DNA from: a virus | Lineage: Duplodnaviria; Caudoviricetes | Length of the DNA: 55,113 nucleotides | Direction: 5' to 3' (one strand) | Virus record (IMG/VR): IMGVR_UViG_3300009593_000022 | Span: 1 to 55,113 of that record | Shown here: positions 1 to 9,735 of the stretch, piece by piece | Position numbering within the stretch: the first letter of the stretch is position 1 | Layout: every line of letters begins with the position of its first letter | Notes under the pieces: generated by a model | Told to the model about the DNA's origin: nothing | The model's input: only the letters and a program-made list of their open reading frames with translations | Database searches by the model: none | Made by a program: the position numbers and the translations under genes

Positions 1-2622
1 TACACACCCAGTCCAACTGGAAAAATTGCTAACTCGTTCTCGAACTATGCAGGAAATTATTACCTAGTAAGGGACAAGGACACAGGGCAGATAGTCGATT
101 TTGATGACAACCCAACACCTTATCTACAACTTCCGTTCTTGCCAGCGAATACAATCAACGATATTCCATATGGACCAGAACCAGAAGACCCATATCAAGC
201 TACAGACACGAGATTCGATTTCAAACTGAACGATGAAAACCTAGCCGTTATGGATAGGTATGTAGCAAAACCAACCATCAAGATGTTCCTGAATACAGTT
301 AGTCCAGAGAACTCATTTGTTGTAGGGGAAACAGTTGTTCTTGGAACAGACTCGGCAGTCATCTACGAAGTTCAAGAAGCAAACACAGATGTTATGACTG
401 TCACAATGTTGATTGATGAGATATCAAACACAGTATCCTTCGCAGGACAGGTAGCGAACCTAGAACTTCAACAGCCCGCTGTTATTACGACTGGGAAGGA
501 AGTTCGTGGATTGACTTCCACGGCAAAGGGGCTGATATCATCCACAGTCCCAGCCTTCCGCTGGAAATTGGATGCGGGAAATATTGAGTTTGACGAAGAC
601 GCAGGAGGGGCAAACAACCAAGACTACTTCCTGAAAGACTATGCGACGATGAACGTTGACTTCTACACCGAAGCAACGACGCTTCAACCTGCAAAGCTTT
701 ACATGCGATACAACCTTCAAGCAGGTATTGCGAATCAGGTTTCAGGACAAACGGAGGAACCAAGAGTTACTCCTTCAGCGAATGTCACAAACCCAACTCT
801 TCTACAGACTTTAGGTCTGAAAAGATGGGTGGACATGAGTCCTCTTGATGACAATGGAATTCCAGACGGCTCAGTCCAACCTCATACAACTGGACTTATT
901 GCCGTATCATCGGCTCGTGGACTACAGATTAATTATCAATGGTATGGAGGGACTTCTTTCCTAACTTTGGACGAAGAAGATGTCACCAAAATGGACCAAG
1001 CTACATGGGAAGGATATCTTGGATACCTGAGTGATGCCTCTGTATCATCTATCGCATCTGCCGACCCTGACATTATTTCTACTGCGACACCTACGGATAT
1101 CAACGACTCTCATAACGGAAATCAACAGTATCAAAATGGTCTTGATGCAGGTATCGTGAGACTGGGAGAATGTTTCCCAGAAATAGAACTCAACCCTCAC
1201 TACCCAGCAGTTGATGCGTCAGACCAATATCCAGACCAGATGCCTTACGCGAATACATTCGTTAAGTACAACCTTTTAGACAGTACGAAGATAGACTATA
1301 TCATCTACGCCTTTCACAGATGGACATATCAAGTCAACCCACTGCAAGACTTGAGTCACGCACAGATTCCAGGCGGGGCTACATATACTTCAGGCGACAC
1401 ACTTTCTCGCATCGACTCGGCTTTTGTCCGCTTGAAAGAAGGAAAGTTTACCAACGACGCTTCGGTCCAAGTATCATGGGGGTTTAACCAAGGCGGAGCT
1501 AACGACTGGACAGTCCCAGGCTCAGTTAACTTGTTACCACCCGCTGATAATACTTACGGACCTATGATAGACACAGGTGGCTCTTTGGGCAACGACTCTC
1601 CTTTTACAGGACCTTCTGGTTCCAGTTCAACATCAGGATATGTTACTAATGGTCTGACAGGACAGGTTGTCGAAAATGCAGATATGATAGTTGGAGAATG
1701 GTTCACTAAGTCAACCGCAGGCAGAGTTGCTCAGGCAGGAACTTCATACGATGGAGACCACTTAATACGAATCAAGGCTCATCAGTCTTTCGTAGTTAAC
1801 GACTACTACGATGTTATTGTCACGAATAGTTCAGGAACACATACTGTAAATACGGCAGGAGATAACAGAAGGTATTATACTCTGGTTGTCAACTCAGAAT
1901 ATTACGACCACAATGTCAATACGATGAGGAAACTCTACAGAACTTCTCTGTCTGGACAGTCAGTTGGAAGTTCTCATGGATATTCAGACTGTAACGACTT
2001 CCAGTATGTCATAAACTGTCTGGCGAATCTAGAGAATCCTCAGAACTGGAGTGAAAGTCATCTAGAGTTTACAGACCCTTATCACTACAACTACAACTAC
2101 AATACTGTCTCAGGAACTTATCCTCTGATAAGAGATGGTGCACGACTAACTGTAGACGAAACATTCAATACTTTCGCTAAAGCGAAGGCGGATATTTTTA
2201 GAGCAGTAAATACTTATAACGAAGATTGGTGGACGAACTTTGGTATGTCTACGAGTCCTCAAACATGGACTCCGACAGCGAATATGGAGATGTCAAACAG
2301 TGATGGCTCGGCCAATACTGATATGCTTCAGACTCACTTTCAAGAATGGAGAGATGAGGTTGCACTCTATGTCGCGAATATTCAGACTAGAATAGGAGTT
2401 CCACATATTTATGTTGCTGGAGGTTCAGGTTCAGTACCAGAGATAGGTTCGAAATCATACTCAGGAATGTTGTACGCAGCAGTTTCTACGATGTTGTCTG
2501 GGTCAACAGGTGAAATAAAAGGTATAAAGAATGCGATTAGCAATATCCAATCCGTATATGACGATATCTCAAAAAAGAGAAGAGTCTACAAAACCTACGG
2601 ACCAGTCGACACAATCGGTTAA
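1..2622 (+). CDS. Large hypothetical virion structural protein, 5'-truncated
   Basis: Frame is open from base 1 (TAC ACA CCC...) to TAA at 2620-2622, so the TTG at 139 is probably not the true start. T/S/G/N/D-rich composition and position upstream of gp25 in a baseplate module. Confidence 0.7.
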   Translation, partial: YTPSPTGKIANSFSNYAGNYYLVRDKDTGQIVDFDDNPTPYLQLPFLPANTINDIPYGPEPEDPYQATDTRFDFKLNDENLAVMDRYVAKPTIKMFLNTVSPENSFVVGETVVLGTDSAVIYEVQEANTDVMTVTMLIDEISNTVSFAGQVANLELQQPAVITTGKEVRGLTSTAKGLISSTVPAFRWKLDAGNIEFDEDAGGANNQDYFLKDYATMNVDFYTEATTLQPAKLYMRYNLQAGIANQVSGQTEEPRVTPSANVTNPTLLQTLGLKRWVDMSPLDDNGIPDGSVQPHTTGLIAVSSARGLQINYQWYGGTSFLTLDEEDVTKMDQATWEGYLGYLSDASVSSIASADPDIISTATPTDINDSHNGNQQYQNGLDAGIVRLGECFPEIELNPHYPAVDASDQYPDQMPYANTFVKYNLLDSTKIDYIIYAFHRWTYQVNPLQDLSHAQIPGGATYTSGDTLSRIDSAFVRLKEGKFTNDASVQVSWGFNQGGANDWTVPGSVNLLPPADNTYGPMIDTGGSLGNDSPFTGPSGSSSTSGYVTNGLTGQVVENADMIVGEWFTKSTAGRVAQAGTSYDGDHLIRIKAHQSFVVNDYYDVIVTNSSGTHTVNTAGDNRRYYTLVVNSEYYDHNVNTMRKLYRTSLSGQSVGSSHGYSDCNDFQYVINCLANLENPQNWSESHLEFTDPYHYNYNYNTVSGTYPLIRDGARLTVDETFNTFAKAKADIFRAVNTYNEDWWTNFGMSTSPQTWTPTANMEMSNSDGSANTDMLQTHFQEWRDEVALYVANIQTRIGVPHIYVAGGSGSVPEIGSKSYSGMLYAAVSTMLSGSTGEIKGIKNAISNIQSVYDDISKKRRVYKTYGPVDTIG

Positions 2623-2803
2623 GGTAGAAGAACCAAAACCAAAGGTTGATGTAGGCCAAGAATGGACTCCGTTTCTTCAGGGGAACGACCCATCAAACCT
2701 CATCAAAGAGTTGGACTCGTTGATTGAGAATAACAAAATAATAAGAACAGAACTTCAAGAACTCAAAACTGCATTAGAGGAAAAACGTGGCGACATGGAG
2801 TAA
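2558..2803 (+). CDS. Small hypothetical protein with C-terminal coiled coil
   Basis: ORF fills the gap between two large genes and overlaps both. Heptad-like LIKELDSLIENNKIIRTELQELKTALEEK. Start uncertain (ATG 2531 or 2558). Confidence 0.6.
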   Translation: MTISQKREESTKPTDQSTQSVKVEEPKPKVDVGQEWTPFLQGNDPSNLIKELDSLIENNKIIRTELQELKTALEEKRGDME

Positions 2804-5800
2804 ATTTGCAACACCACCATCGGCGAAAGAGATAGCCCACTTTTTAGGACAAGTGGACAATGGTATTTCTACAGTCAAGATGGTTGCATCACTTGCGAAA
2901 ACAAACTTAGAGTTTGCAGAAATGCTGATGGTAGGGTTTATCAATCCTATGTGTATTGCGGTCAACTTCCTCGCTGACTCCTTAGAGGGATTTGTCAACG
3001 ACATATTCCAGACAGGGGTTTATCATATCATTATCGACCCAACAAATGTCCCGCCAGGAGTCGAACCTTTTCTCAATGCTAACGGAAATTATCAATATCC
3101 AGGCGCTCTCCTTCAGACAGGACTGGCCGTTTCCTACTCATCTATCATCGGTCTTGTTGGTGCGGAAAACGCAACAGCTAACAAGATATCTTCAGGTGGA
3201 GGTTCAGCAGGTTCCAACAACGTAGACAATCAGGCGACACGAGCCGAGAAACAAAAGGCGACAGAACAGAGATTCAAAGATGACTTGATTCGTGTCTACG
3301 AAGCACGAGCTGACCTATTCATTAAGAACAGGGTTGCGTCAGGATATTACAAAGGTTTGAGCCAAGACCAGTTGAAGAGAGAACGTATTATCGCAATGGT
3401 TCTTGATGTTTCCAAGACAGGTGGACTCTTGACTCATACTATCATGACTGTCATTGAGACCAAGGCTGAATACGGAGACATGGGGAAAGAAGTTGTCAAG
3501 GACTATTACAGAAACACTCTGTCTGCAGACTCAGCATCTTCCGCTAAACTACTGGGAGAACCAGCAAAAGCGATAGGAAGCACAGGAGCCACAGGAGCAG
3601 GTGGAACGAAAGACGACATCTTCCGAACCTCACGAAACTTTATTGGAGACTACGAAAGAAAAGTATTTGGATATGTCGCGAGTAAAGCGGCTTTGACAGG
3701 TATTGTCAAGATGAGACCAGCTCAATGTTTTAGTGCGTTAGGGAACGCTCTCTTTGATGAAGGGGATATGAACAGGCCAGGCTCACCTCACTTCGCTAGA
3801 CATATGAGTCTTGATGCCAACAACCGAACAGAGATAAGACTAGACAGTCCAAAGGACTATTTCGCTTTCCAGAAGAAGGCTCGTATCTATGATGCTTTGA
3901 TATCCAACGCAGGTGCTCTTCCCGATTCACCTACGAAGTCCTCAAAGATAGCATCACTTAGAGAACAACTGACTCAGGTAAACGCAGCGATATCCAACCT
4001 ACCAGAGTCTACAGTTTATTCACCTTATGGTTCAGTCATGAGGGACAAGTACGGAAGACCAAAACTTCTTGGATACACAGACGAAGTAGACATGAAGAAG
4101 AAAGGATACTTCTTTCAGGCCGACTACGAAAGGTCAAAAGACGCATCAATGAGAACAGGGACAGAGAAGTATGTCGCGATGGTTCTCTACGCAGGAGCCC
4201 CAACCATATCAACCATACCTACAGAGTTTCTTGACTATCTTGGAATGGTATTTGGTGCTTCCATTAAAGACTACGCTCAGGACATAGCAGGTAAGATAGC
4301 TGATATCTGGACTCTAGACAACCAACCCAGAAAGATATTCATTACAGAATCGACAAAGGTTTCAGCTCAGTTGGTAACAGTTCCGTCTGGATACAGTCCA
4401 TCAATGCCTGTTCCAGGCCGTATGCCAACGAGAAGAATCGTTAAAGAAGAACAATACAAGTTTGAAAAGGGTGATATCCTTTATGGGTCAAACTCCAAGA
4501 ATACTTTCATTGTCCTACAAAACATGGGCATGACCGAATGTAACAAGATAGATTTTGATGACCAAGGAAATGTAGTCAACTCCTTTCAGGAGGTTATGGC
4601 TCAACAAAGAAAGAACGAAGTAGAAGCAACGAACTCACAGGGAGGAGTTACAAAAGTAGGTCCAGCTGGCCAACCACTTCAGTTTCAGGTAGACCAAGAT
4701 GAACCTATTCCATATACAGACCAGACTTTACTTGTAGTACCTTATAATAATGACCAAGAGAAAGGGCAGTTTGAACCACAAGATAAAGAAGCATTTAAAA
4801 AGGGTGAACTCTTGTATCTTGCTCAGGAGGGGGATGACGGCTCGATTGCTCCTAACCGCAACGTGGGAGGAGCAGACAACTCTTTCGTGGTTGGTAAGTA
4901 CGTTATCGAACTCACAGAGCCAGACCCATCATCCTACAGAATTCCAAACTCAAGAGCCCCAGACTTCGGTCCAAAGTTCACAGTAGCGGATATGTTCCCA
5001 GAACAGGCGGGGGTATTACGAGCAACCATTCTAGGTTTTTGTGATATGTTAAGAGGGTTTGCAAAGAACTCATCCTCAACTCTGGGTGTATTGATAGACA
5101 TGCTACAACAACTAATCGATTTCATCACAGAGATTGAAAGGTCGTTCCTTGAGTTTCTTAACTGGATTAAGACTCTCGTTAAACTAGCGGACATGAACAT
5201 TTACTCAACAACCATTGAAGCGACAGGAATAGGTAACTTCGCAGCTGAGTTGTCAACTCTTTCTGCAAGGCCAGGCGCTCCACCATCACATTTGGAGTAT
5301 TCAACTTGTGTTATGTTCCTTGGAACATCCGCCGATATGGGAGGGTTTAAGTCAATGCTAGAGTCCTCTTCAGCGTTCGCTAACTTTGAGAAAGCGATAC
5401 AAGATACAGGCTCAGCGATAGACAAGGTATTGAAAAACTTTGAGAGAGATAGTAAAGAAGCTATCAAGAACGTTCTCGCTAGGTCAGACCAGTTCAGTAA
5501 AAAACTTTCTGAAGGACGCGATGACTTGTTCAACACTCTTAATAACCCAATGTCGATTGCTAACCAGATAGAAGACTTGACGAATGTATTTGCGTCAGAC
5601 GCCGCAAAGAGACTGGGTATCACACAAGAAGGTGAAGGTGGCTCAGGCCGTTTCGGAGGAGATGATTCAGGGTCGAATATTATTGGACTAGACAATCCTC
5701 GTTTCCAAGTTGGACAAAGAGCAATAGGAGAGTTCGACCTAGAAGACTTTGAGTCTGCGGGACTGGATGGAATCGACCTAGAGGCGGCGAGACTGAAAGC

Positions 5801-7466
5801 TGGTTATCGTTCAGACGCCACAAACGGAGTGGTTGACCAGAGATTCTTAGGACTTGATGACTCTGAGTTCCTAGCGATGGCGACCAAGAAGGAGTTTTAC
5901 TGGGTGGTAAAAGTTGCAAGAGAAGATGTTACGACAGAGATAAACAATGGAATCATTCGATACAAACTTTGGTGGGGTAAAGAGATAACACCAACCGACA
6001 GAATACAGTCAGAAGCCGTTAACTCTGCATCCTTGGATGTTACGATTAACGAGGATGGGACTCTCGTAACAGGAGATGGTTCAGCACTCGTTTCAGAGAC
6101 AGGAGTCACTCCTGCATCTTTCGAACAGGTAGAGAAGATACATACCTTTGAAGTGACCACAGGAGTTGACACAGACATAGAACTTGAAGTAGAAGTTAAC
6201 GTAGGTGCGAACTTCAAACCTACAGAGGCCACTCACTTACTTCTCTATTCATATGGACAGGTTACAAAAACCATCGGAGGACTGGAGTATATCTTTGAGG
6301 CCGAGAACGAAGTTCCTTATGCAATGGAAATCATGTCTCGTAGACCTAACATGCCTGAAATCGCAGTTGACGAAGAAACTTCTTCTGTATCCATTTCAGA
6401 AGACAAGATTATCAACCTCGACATGGTTATTACAGATACAGACGACAACGGCGAAGGTGGAGTTTCAACGACTCTGGGATATTCAATCTTTCTTGCAGAC
6501 GTTGAACGAAAGACTTTCTCCGAACCTCTGGCGACAGTAGTCAGGGATGCTGACACGAACACCATCAACTTTTCAGATGTAGAGGTAGACCCAACTCTCA
6601 ATCCAAACTGGTATTACATGGCCGTCTTGGCCGAGAACCAGAATGGTTTCTCTGGAGGAAACTTCTTTAACCTCTCAAGAATATCTGCACCTCTGGACAA
6701 TGCGAAAGAAATAACTTTCACAGATACAGATGTTACAGCAGGTTCACTCTCTGGTGTAGTTGAAGTTGAGCCAGGCTCACATACATCTCAGAATGGTATC
6801 GACCCATATTACAAACTTTTCTGGGGTCAATACAACCAGACAAAGAATACAATATCTACAGTTGGAACACAAGTTTCTACAGACCAGAACTTTCGTCTAC
6901 TGAACGCGAATGGAAACCTAGAGTTCACTCTGACAACCGAAACCATACCTACGAATGTCACTCATTTCGTAGTCTACTCATCTATTCGAAAGTTTGCCAA
7001 CTCGGCTCAGGAAATATATCATACAACTCCGTTGTTTAAACCTATCAACGACTTGGGTTCAGCCCCGAACTATTCACCCATTGAGCTTGTCTTCACGGAT
7101 GAGGACAAAGTCACAGGTCAGGTCACAGGCACATTTACAATCACTCCTGCTCTGGACGAACAACTGGTAGACAACTACCAGATTTTCTTCGCTGACGCTG
7201 AAGGTATTCCTATCGACGCGGCGGGGAACCAAGGGGTGACTCTTGCGACGCCAATACACGATGACGCTATTTCAGAATTGGCTCCGAGCGTAGCTTCAGT
7301 TCCAGTTCCACAAGGAGCTGTTTACTTTCAAGCCTGTTCGAAGAACGCATATGGGACTGGACCTTTCTTCGCTCGTATCCCAATAATAGACCCTAAATAC
7401 CCAACAGAGCCAGGCGAAATATCAAATATTACCAAAAATAACGTAAGACTAACAACCAACTTCTAG
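2787..7466 (+). CDS. 1559-aa hypothetical virion protein; helical N-terminal/central part and C-terminal Ig/FN3-like repeats
   Basis: GTG start with GAGG RBS, long ORF directly upstream of gp25. About four C-terminal repeats built from FTDxD...G...Y(K/Q)(L/I)(W/F) and THxxxYS elements. Confidence 0.75.
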   Translation: MATWSKFATPPSAKEIAHFLGQVDNGISTVKMVASLAKTNLEFAEMLMVGFINPMCIAVNFLADSLEGFVNDIFQTGVYHIIIDPTNVPPGVEPFLNANGNYQYPGALLQTGLAVSYSSIIGLVGAENATANKISSGGGSAGSNNVDNQATRAEKQKATEQRFKDDLIRVYEARADLFIKNRVASGYYKGLSQDQLKRERIIAMVLDVSKTGGLLTHTIMTVIETKAEYGDMGKEVVKDYYRNTLSADSASSAKLLGEPAKAIGSTGATGAGGTKDDIFRTSRNFIGDYERKVFGYVASKAALTGIVKMRPAQCFSALGNALFDEGDMNRPGSPHFARHMSLDANNRTEIRLDSPKDYFAFQKKARIYDALISNAGALPDSPTKSSKIASLREQLTQVNAAISNLPESTVYSPYGSVMRDKYGRPKLLGYTDEVDMKKKGYFFQADYERSKDASMRTGTEKYVAMVLYAGAPTISTIPTEFLDYLGMVFGASIKDYAQDIAGKIADIWTLDNQPRKIFITESTKVSAQLVTVPSGYSPSMPVPGRMPTRRIVKEEQYKFEKGDILYGSNSKNTFIVLQNMGMTECNKIDFDDQGNVVNSFQEVMAQQRKNEVEATNSQGGVTKVGPAGQPLQFQVDQDEPIPYTDQTLLVVPYNNDQEKGQFEPQDKEAFKKGELLYLAQEGDDGSIAPNRNVGGADNSFVVGKYVIELTEPDPSSYRIPNSRAPDFGPKFTVADMFPEQAGVLRATILGFCDMLRGFAKNSSSTLGVLIDMLQQLIDFITEIERSFLEFLNWIKTLVKLADMNIYSTTIEATGIGNFAAELSTLSARPGAPPSHLEYSTCVMFLGTSADMGGFKSMLESSSAFANFEKAIQDTGSAIDKVLKNFERDSKEAIKNVLARSDQFSKKLSEGRDDLFNTLNNPMSIANQIEDLTNVFASDAAKRLGITQEGEGGSGRFGGDDSGSNIIGLDNPRFQVGQRAIGEFDLEDFESAGLDGIDLEAARLKAGYRSDATNGVVDQRFLGLDDSEFLAMATKKEFYWVVKVAREDVTTEINNGIIRYKLWWGKEITPTDRIQSEAVNSASLDVTINEDGTLVTGDGSALVSETGVTPASFEQVEKIHTFEVTTGVDTDIELEVEVNVGANFKPTEATHLLLYSYGQVTKTIGGLEYIFEAENEVPYAMEIMSRRPNMPEIAVDEETSSVSISEDKIINLDMVITDTDDNGEGGVSTTLGYSIFLADVERKTFSEPLATVVRDADTNTINFSDVEVDPTLNPNWYYMAVLAENQNGFSGGNFFNLSRISAPLDNAKEITFTDTDVTAGSLSGVVEVEPGSHTSQNGIDPYYKLFWGQYNQTKNTISTVGTQVSTDQNFRLLNANGNLEFTLTTETIPTNVTHFVVYSSIRKFANSAQEIYHTTPLFKPINDLGSAPNYSPIELVFTDEDKVTGQVTGTFTITPALDEQLVDNYQIFFADAEGIPIDAAGNQGVTLATPIHDDAISELAPSVASVPVPQGAVYFQACSKNAYGTGPFFARIPIIDPKYPTEPGEISNITKNNVRLTTNF
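7393..7399 (+). promoter_or_regulatory. Candidate T4-type late promoter (CTAAATA) for gp25-gp6-gp7
   Basis: Same 7-mer as the motif upstream of gp8, about 75 nt before the gp25 start. It lies inside a CDS, so it could be chance. Confidence 0.4.
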
Positions 7467-7474
7467 GAGATTGA

Positions 7475-7870
7475 GTGCCTTTAGAGGTTCCAGCCCTATA
7501 TTCAGATATTAGTGCTTCACTGGCGGTCAATCCAGTCACAGGAGATATCGCTCAATTAGACAACAAACAGTCTATCCGAGCGTCCATTTTAAATATTTTA
7601 AGAACACGCAAAGGTGAGAGGTTATTTCAACCTCAACTAGGGACGAACATACATCGTATGTTGTTCGAACCTAATACTCCGTTCACTGCAGGACAGATAA
7701 ACCAAGAGTTAAAAACCTCTATTGAGGAGCAGGAACCAAGAGTAGCAGTGGAACGTATCAGCACAGATGCTTTCCCAGAAGAATATGGCGTTAAAGTTTT
7801 CATTCTCTGTAGAATCAAAGACACCACAGAGGAAGTAGAAATTGCAGAGATGCTAGAGAGAGGAAGATAA
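7475..7870 (+). CDS. gp25: Baseplate wedge subunit gp25 (GPW/gp25 family)
   Basis: SIRASILNILRTRKGERLFQPQLGTNIHRMLFEP...EQEPRV is the gp25 signature. AGGAG RBS, GTG start, immediately upstream of gp6. Confidence 0.93.
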   Translation: MPLEVPALYSDISASLAVNPVTGDIAQLDNKQSIRASILNILRTRKGERLFQPQLGTNIHRMLFEPNTPFTAGQINQELKTSIEEQEPRVAVERISTDAFPEEYGVKVFILCRIKDTTEEVEIAEMLERGR

Positions 7871-9735
7871 TGCCCGTAGCAAATGTCGCCCTTGAGGTAA
7901 CAAACCTAGACTTTGATGGAATAAAAACTAATCTAAAGAACTACCTCAAGTCCAAAGACACGTTTGCTGACTTTGATTTTGACCATTCGAACCTATCAGT
8001 TCTTATGGACGTTCTTGCTTACAACTCGTTCTACAACGCTTTCTACATTAACCAGTTAGCGAACGAGTCATTCCTAGAATCAGCTCAACTTAGAAATAAC
8101 GTAGTCGCTAAAGCCAAAGGAATTGGTTACACTCCAAGGTCGACTACTGCCCCATCTGCGACCCTTACGTTGCAGATAACACCCGCGACTCCCACCGCAG
8201 AAGCACTCATCGTAGAAGAATATACAGAGTTCGCATCTGCTGTTACTGGAGTCGACTACTTTTTTGTCACTACTGACACCTATACAGTTAATCAAGATAG
8301 AAACGGAAACTACATTGCAGAGGTTGAGGTCAAAGAGGGAACTCAAGTCGAACACAGATATGTTGTCGATAAGAAAAACCCAGACCAACGATTTCTTGTT
8401 AAAAACAAATCTGCTGATGTATCCACTTTGGACGTTGTTGTTCAGAGGTCACAAACGGACTTGACAGTCAAGGAATTCAAGTTAGCCGACAACCTAGTCG
8501 AACTAACTGGAACAGACGATGTCTATTTTCTTGACGAAGTTGAAGAAGGACTCTTTGAAGTCACTTTTGGAAACGGAGTTCTTGGAACACCAGTTGCAGA
8601 TGGTAACGTAGTAATACTAGACTACATCTCTACTCAGGGAGAAAAAGGTAATGGAGCCCTGACATTCACTCCGACTGGAAGAGTCGCAGGTTCAGAGAAC
8701 GTAACAATAACTACACTTGTTGCGGCGAACGGAGGGAAACCTAGAGAGACCATTGAAGAAATCAAATTCAACGCTCCAAAATATTTTGCAACACAGGGTA
8801 GACTTGTAACAGTTGAAGACTACCTTGCGATGACACGAAACATGGTTCCTAACCTCGATTCCTTAACAGGATGGGGAGGCGAAGATAACGTACCTAAACG
8901 ATATGGCGAGGTATACATCTCCGTAAAGCCTGTGAACAGAGCATTTTACTCCGAACTGGAGAAAGAAAATATCAGAAGACAGCTTACTGAGAGAAACCTC
9001 GTGACTGTCCGTGTTCGCGTCGTTGACCCAGACTACACTTTCATCGAAGTCACCTCAGACATTTACTACGACCCAAGAGGAACCAAGTTGACTTCGGACC
9101 AGTTGAAAGCGTTTGTCCATGCACAACTTAAAAACTTTTCAAAGACTGAACTTCTAAAGTTCAATCGAGATTTCCGATATTCTATGCTCGTTGGTCTGAT
9201 GGATAATCTAGACCCAGCGATACGTAACAACTTAACAAACTTACGTTTGAGAAAGTCTTTCATCCCATCCATCGTGAGGGAGAACAACTTTACTCTGTAT
9301 TACAACAACGACTTGTATAGACCAAACCCAAGTTATTCTGGGACTCTTACAAGTAGTTACTTTTCTCATGCTAATCCTTCTGGAGCTGAGATTGCAGATT
9401 GTCAGTTAGATGACAGCGAAGGTATTCTAAGGGTAGTTCAATATGACGCACAGTCAAACGTTACTTCCATCGTTCAGTCCAATATCGGGACTGTAGGATA
9501 CGGCGGAGGTGATGTGGTATTCCAAGGTTTTAGGCCATTATCTTGGACAGGCGATAAAGTGGATGTCTTTTGTAGACCAAAAATACAAGATATAAAGCCC
9601 TTGAGAGAACAAATTCTTGCCATACTCGATGAGGACATCAAGTTGACGATGTTCACAGTAGTAGATAGAGAAGGTTCTGACCCGACATCTAACACAAGCA
9701 CTGTCACAAGCTCTGAAGCCTATACTGGAACCTAA
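7870..9735 (+). CDS. gp6: Baseplate wedge subunit gp6
   Basis: LDFDGIKTNLKNYLK...DFDFDHSNLSVLMDVLAYN...ESFLESAQLRNNVV, plus FGNGVLG, APKYFATQGRLVTVEDY and WGGEDN motifs. TAATG coupling to gp25. Confidence 0.93.
   Translation: MPVANVALEVTNLDFDGIKTNLKNYLKSKDTFADFDFDHSNLSVLMDVLAYNSFYNAFYINQLANESFLESAQLRNNVVAKAKGIGYTPRSTTAPSATLTLQITPATPTAEALIVEEYTEFASAVTGVDYFFVTTDTYTVNQDRNGNYIAEVEVKEGTQVEHRYVVDKKNPDQRFLVKNKSADVSTLDVVVQRSQTDLTVKEFKLADNLVELTGTDDVYFLDEVEEGLFEVTFGNGVLGTPVADGNVVILDYISTQGEKGNGALTFTPTGRVAGSENVTITTLVAANGGKPRETIEEIKFNAPKYFATQGRLVTVEDYLAMTRNMVPNLDSLTGWGGEDNVPKRYGEVYISVKPVNRAFYSELEKENIRRQLTERNLVTVRVRVVDPDYTFIEVTSDIYYDPRGTKLTSDQLKAFVHAQLKNFSKTELLKFNRDFRYSMLVGLMDNLDPAIRNNLTNLRLRKSFIPSIVRENNFTLYYNNDLYRPNPSYSGTLTSSYFSHANPSGAEIADCQLDDSEGILRVVQYDAQSNVTSIVQSNIGTVGYGGGDVVFQGFRPLSWTGDKVDVFCRPKIQDIKPLREQILAILDEDIKLTMFTVVDREGSDPTSNTSTVTSSEAYTGT

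Noticed and set aside
2571-2577. A_AAA_AAG slippery heptamer near the end of the first ORF (tail-chaperone-like frameshift?)
   Set aside because: The -1 frame stops within about 18 codons, and the overlapping small ORF is in the +1 frame, so no fusion results.
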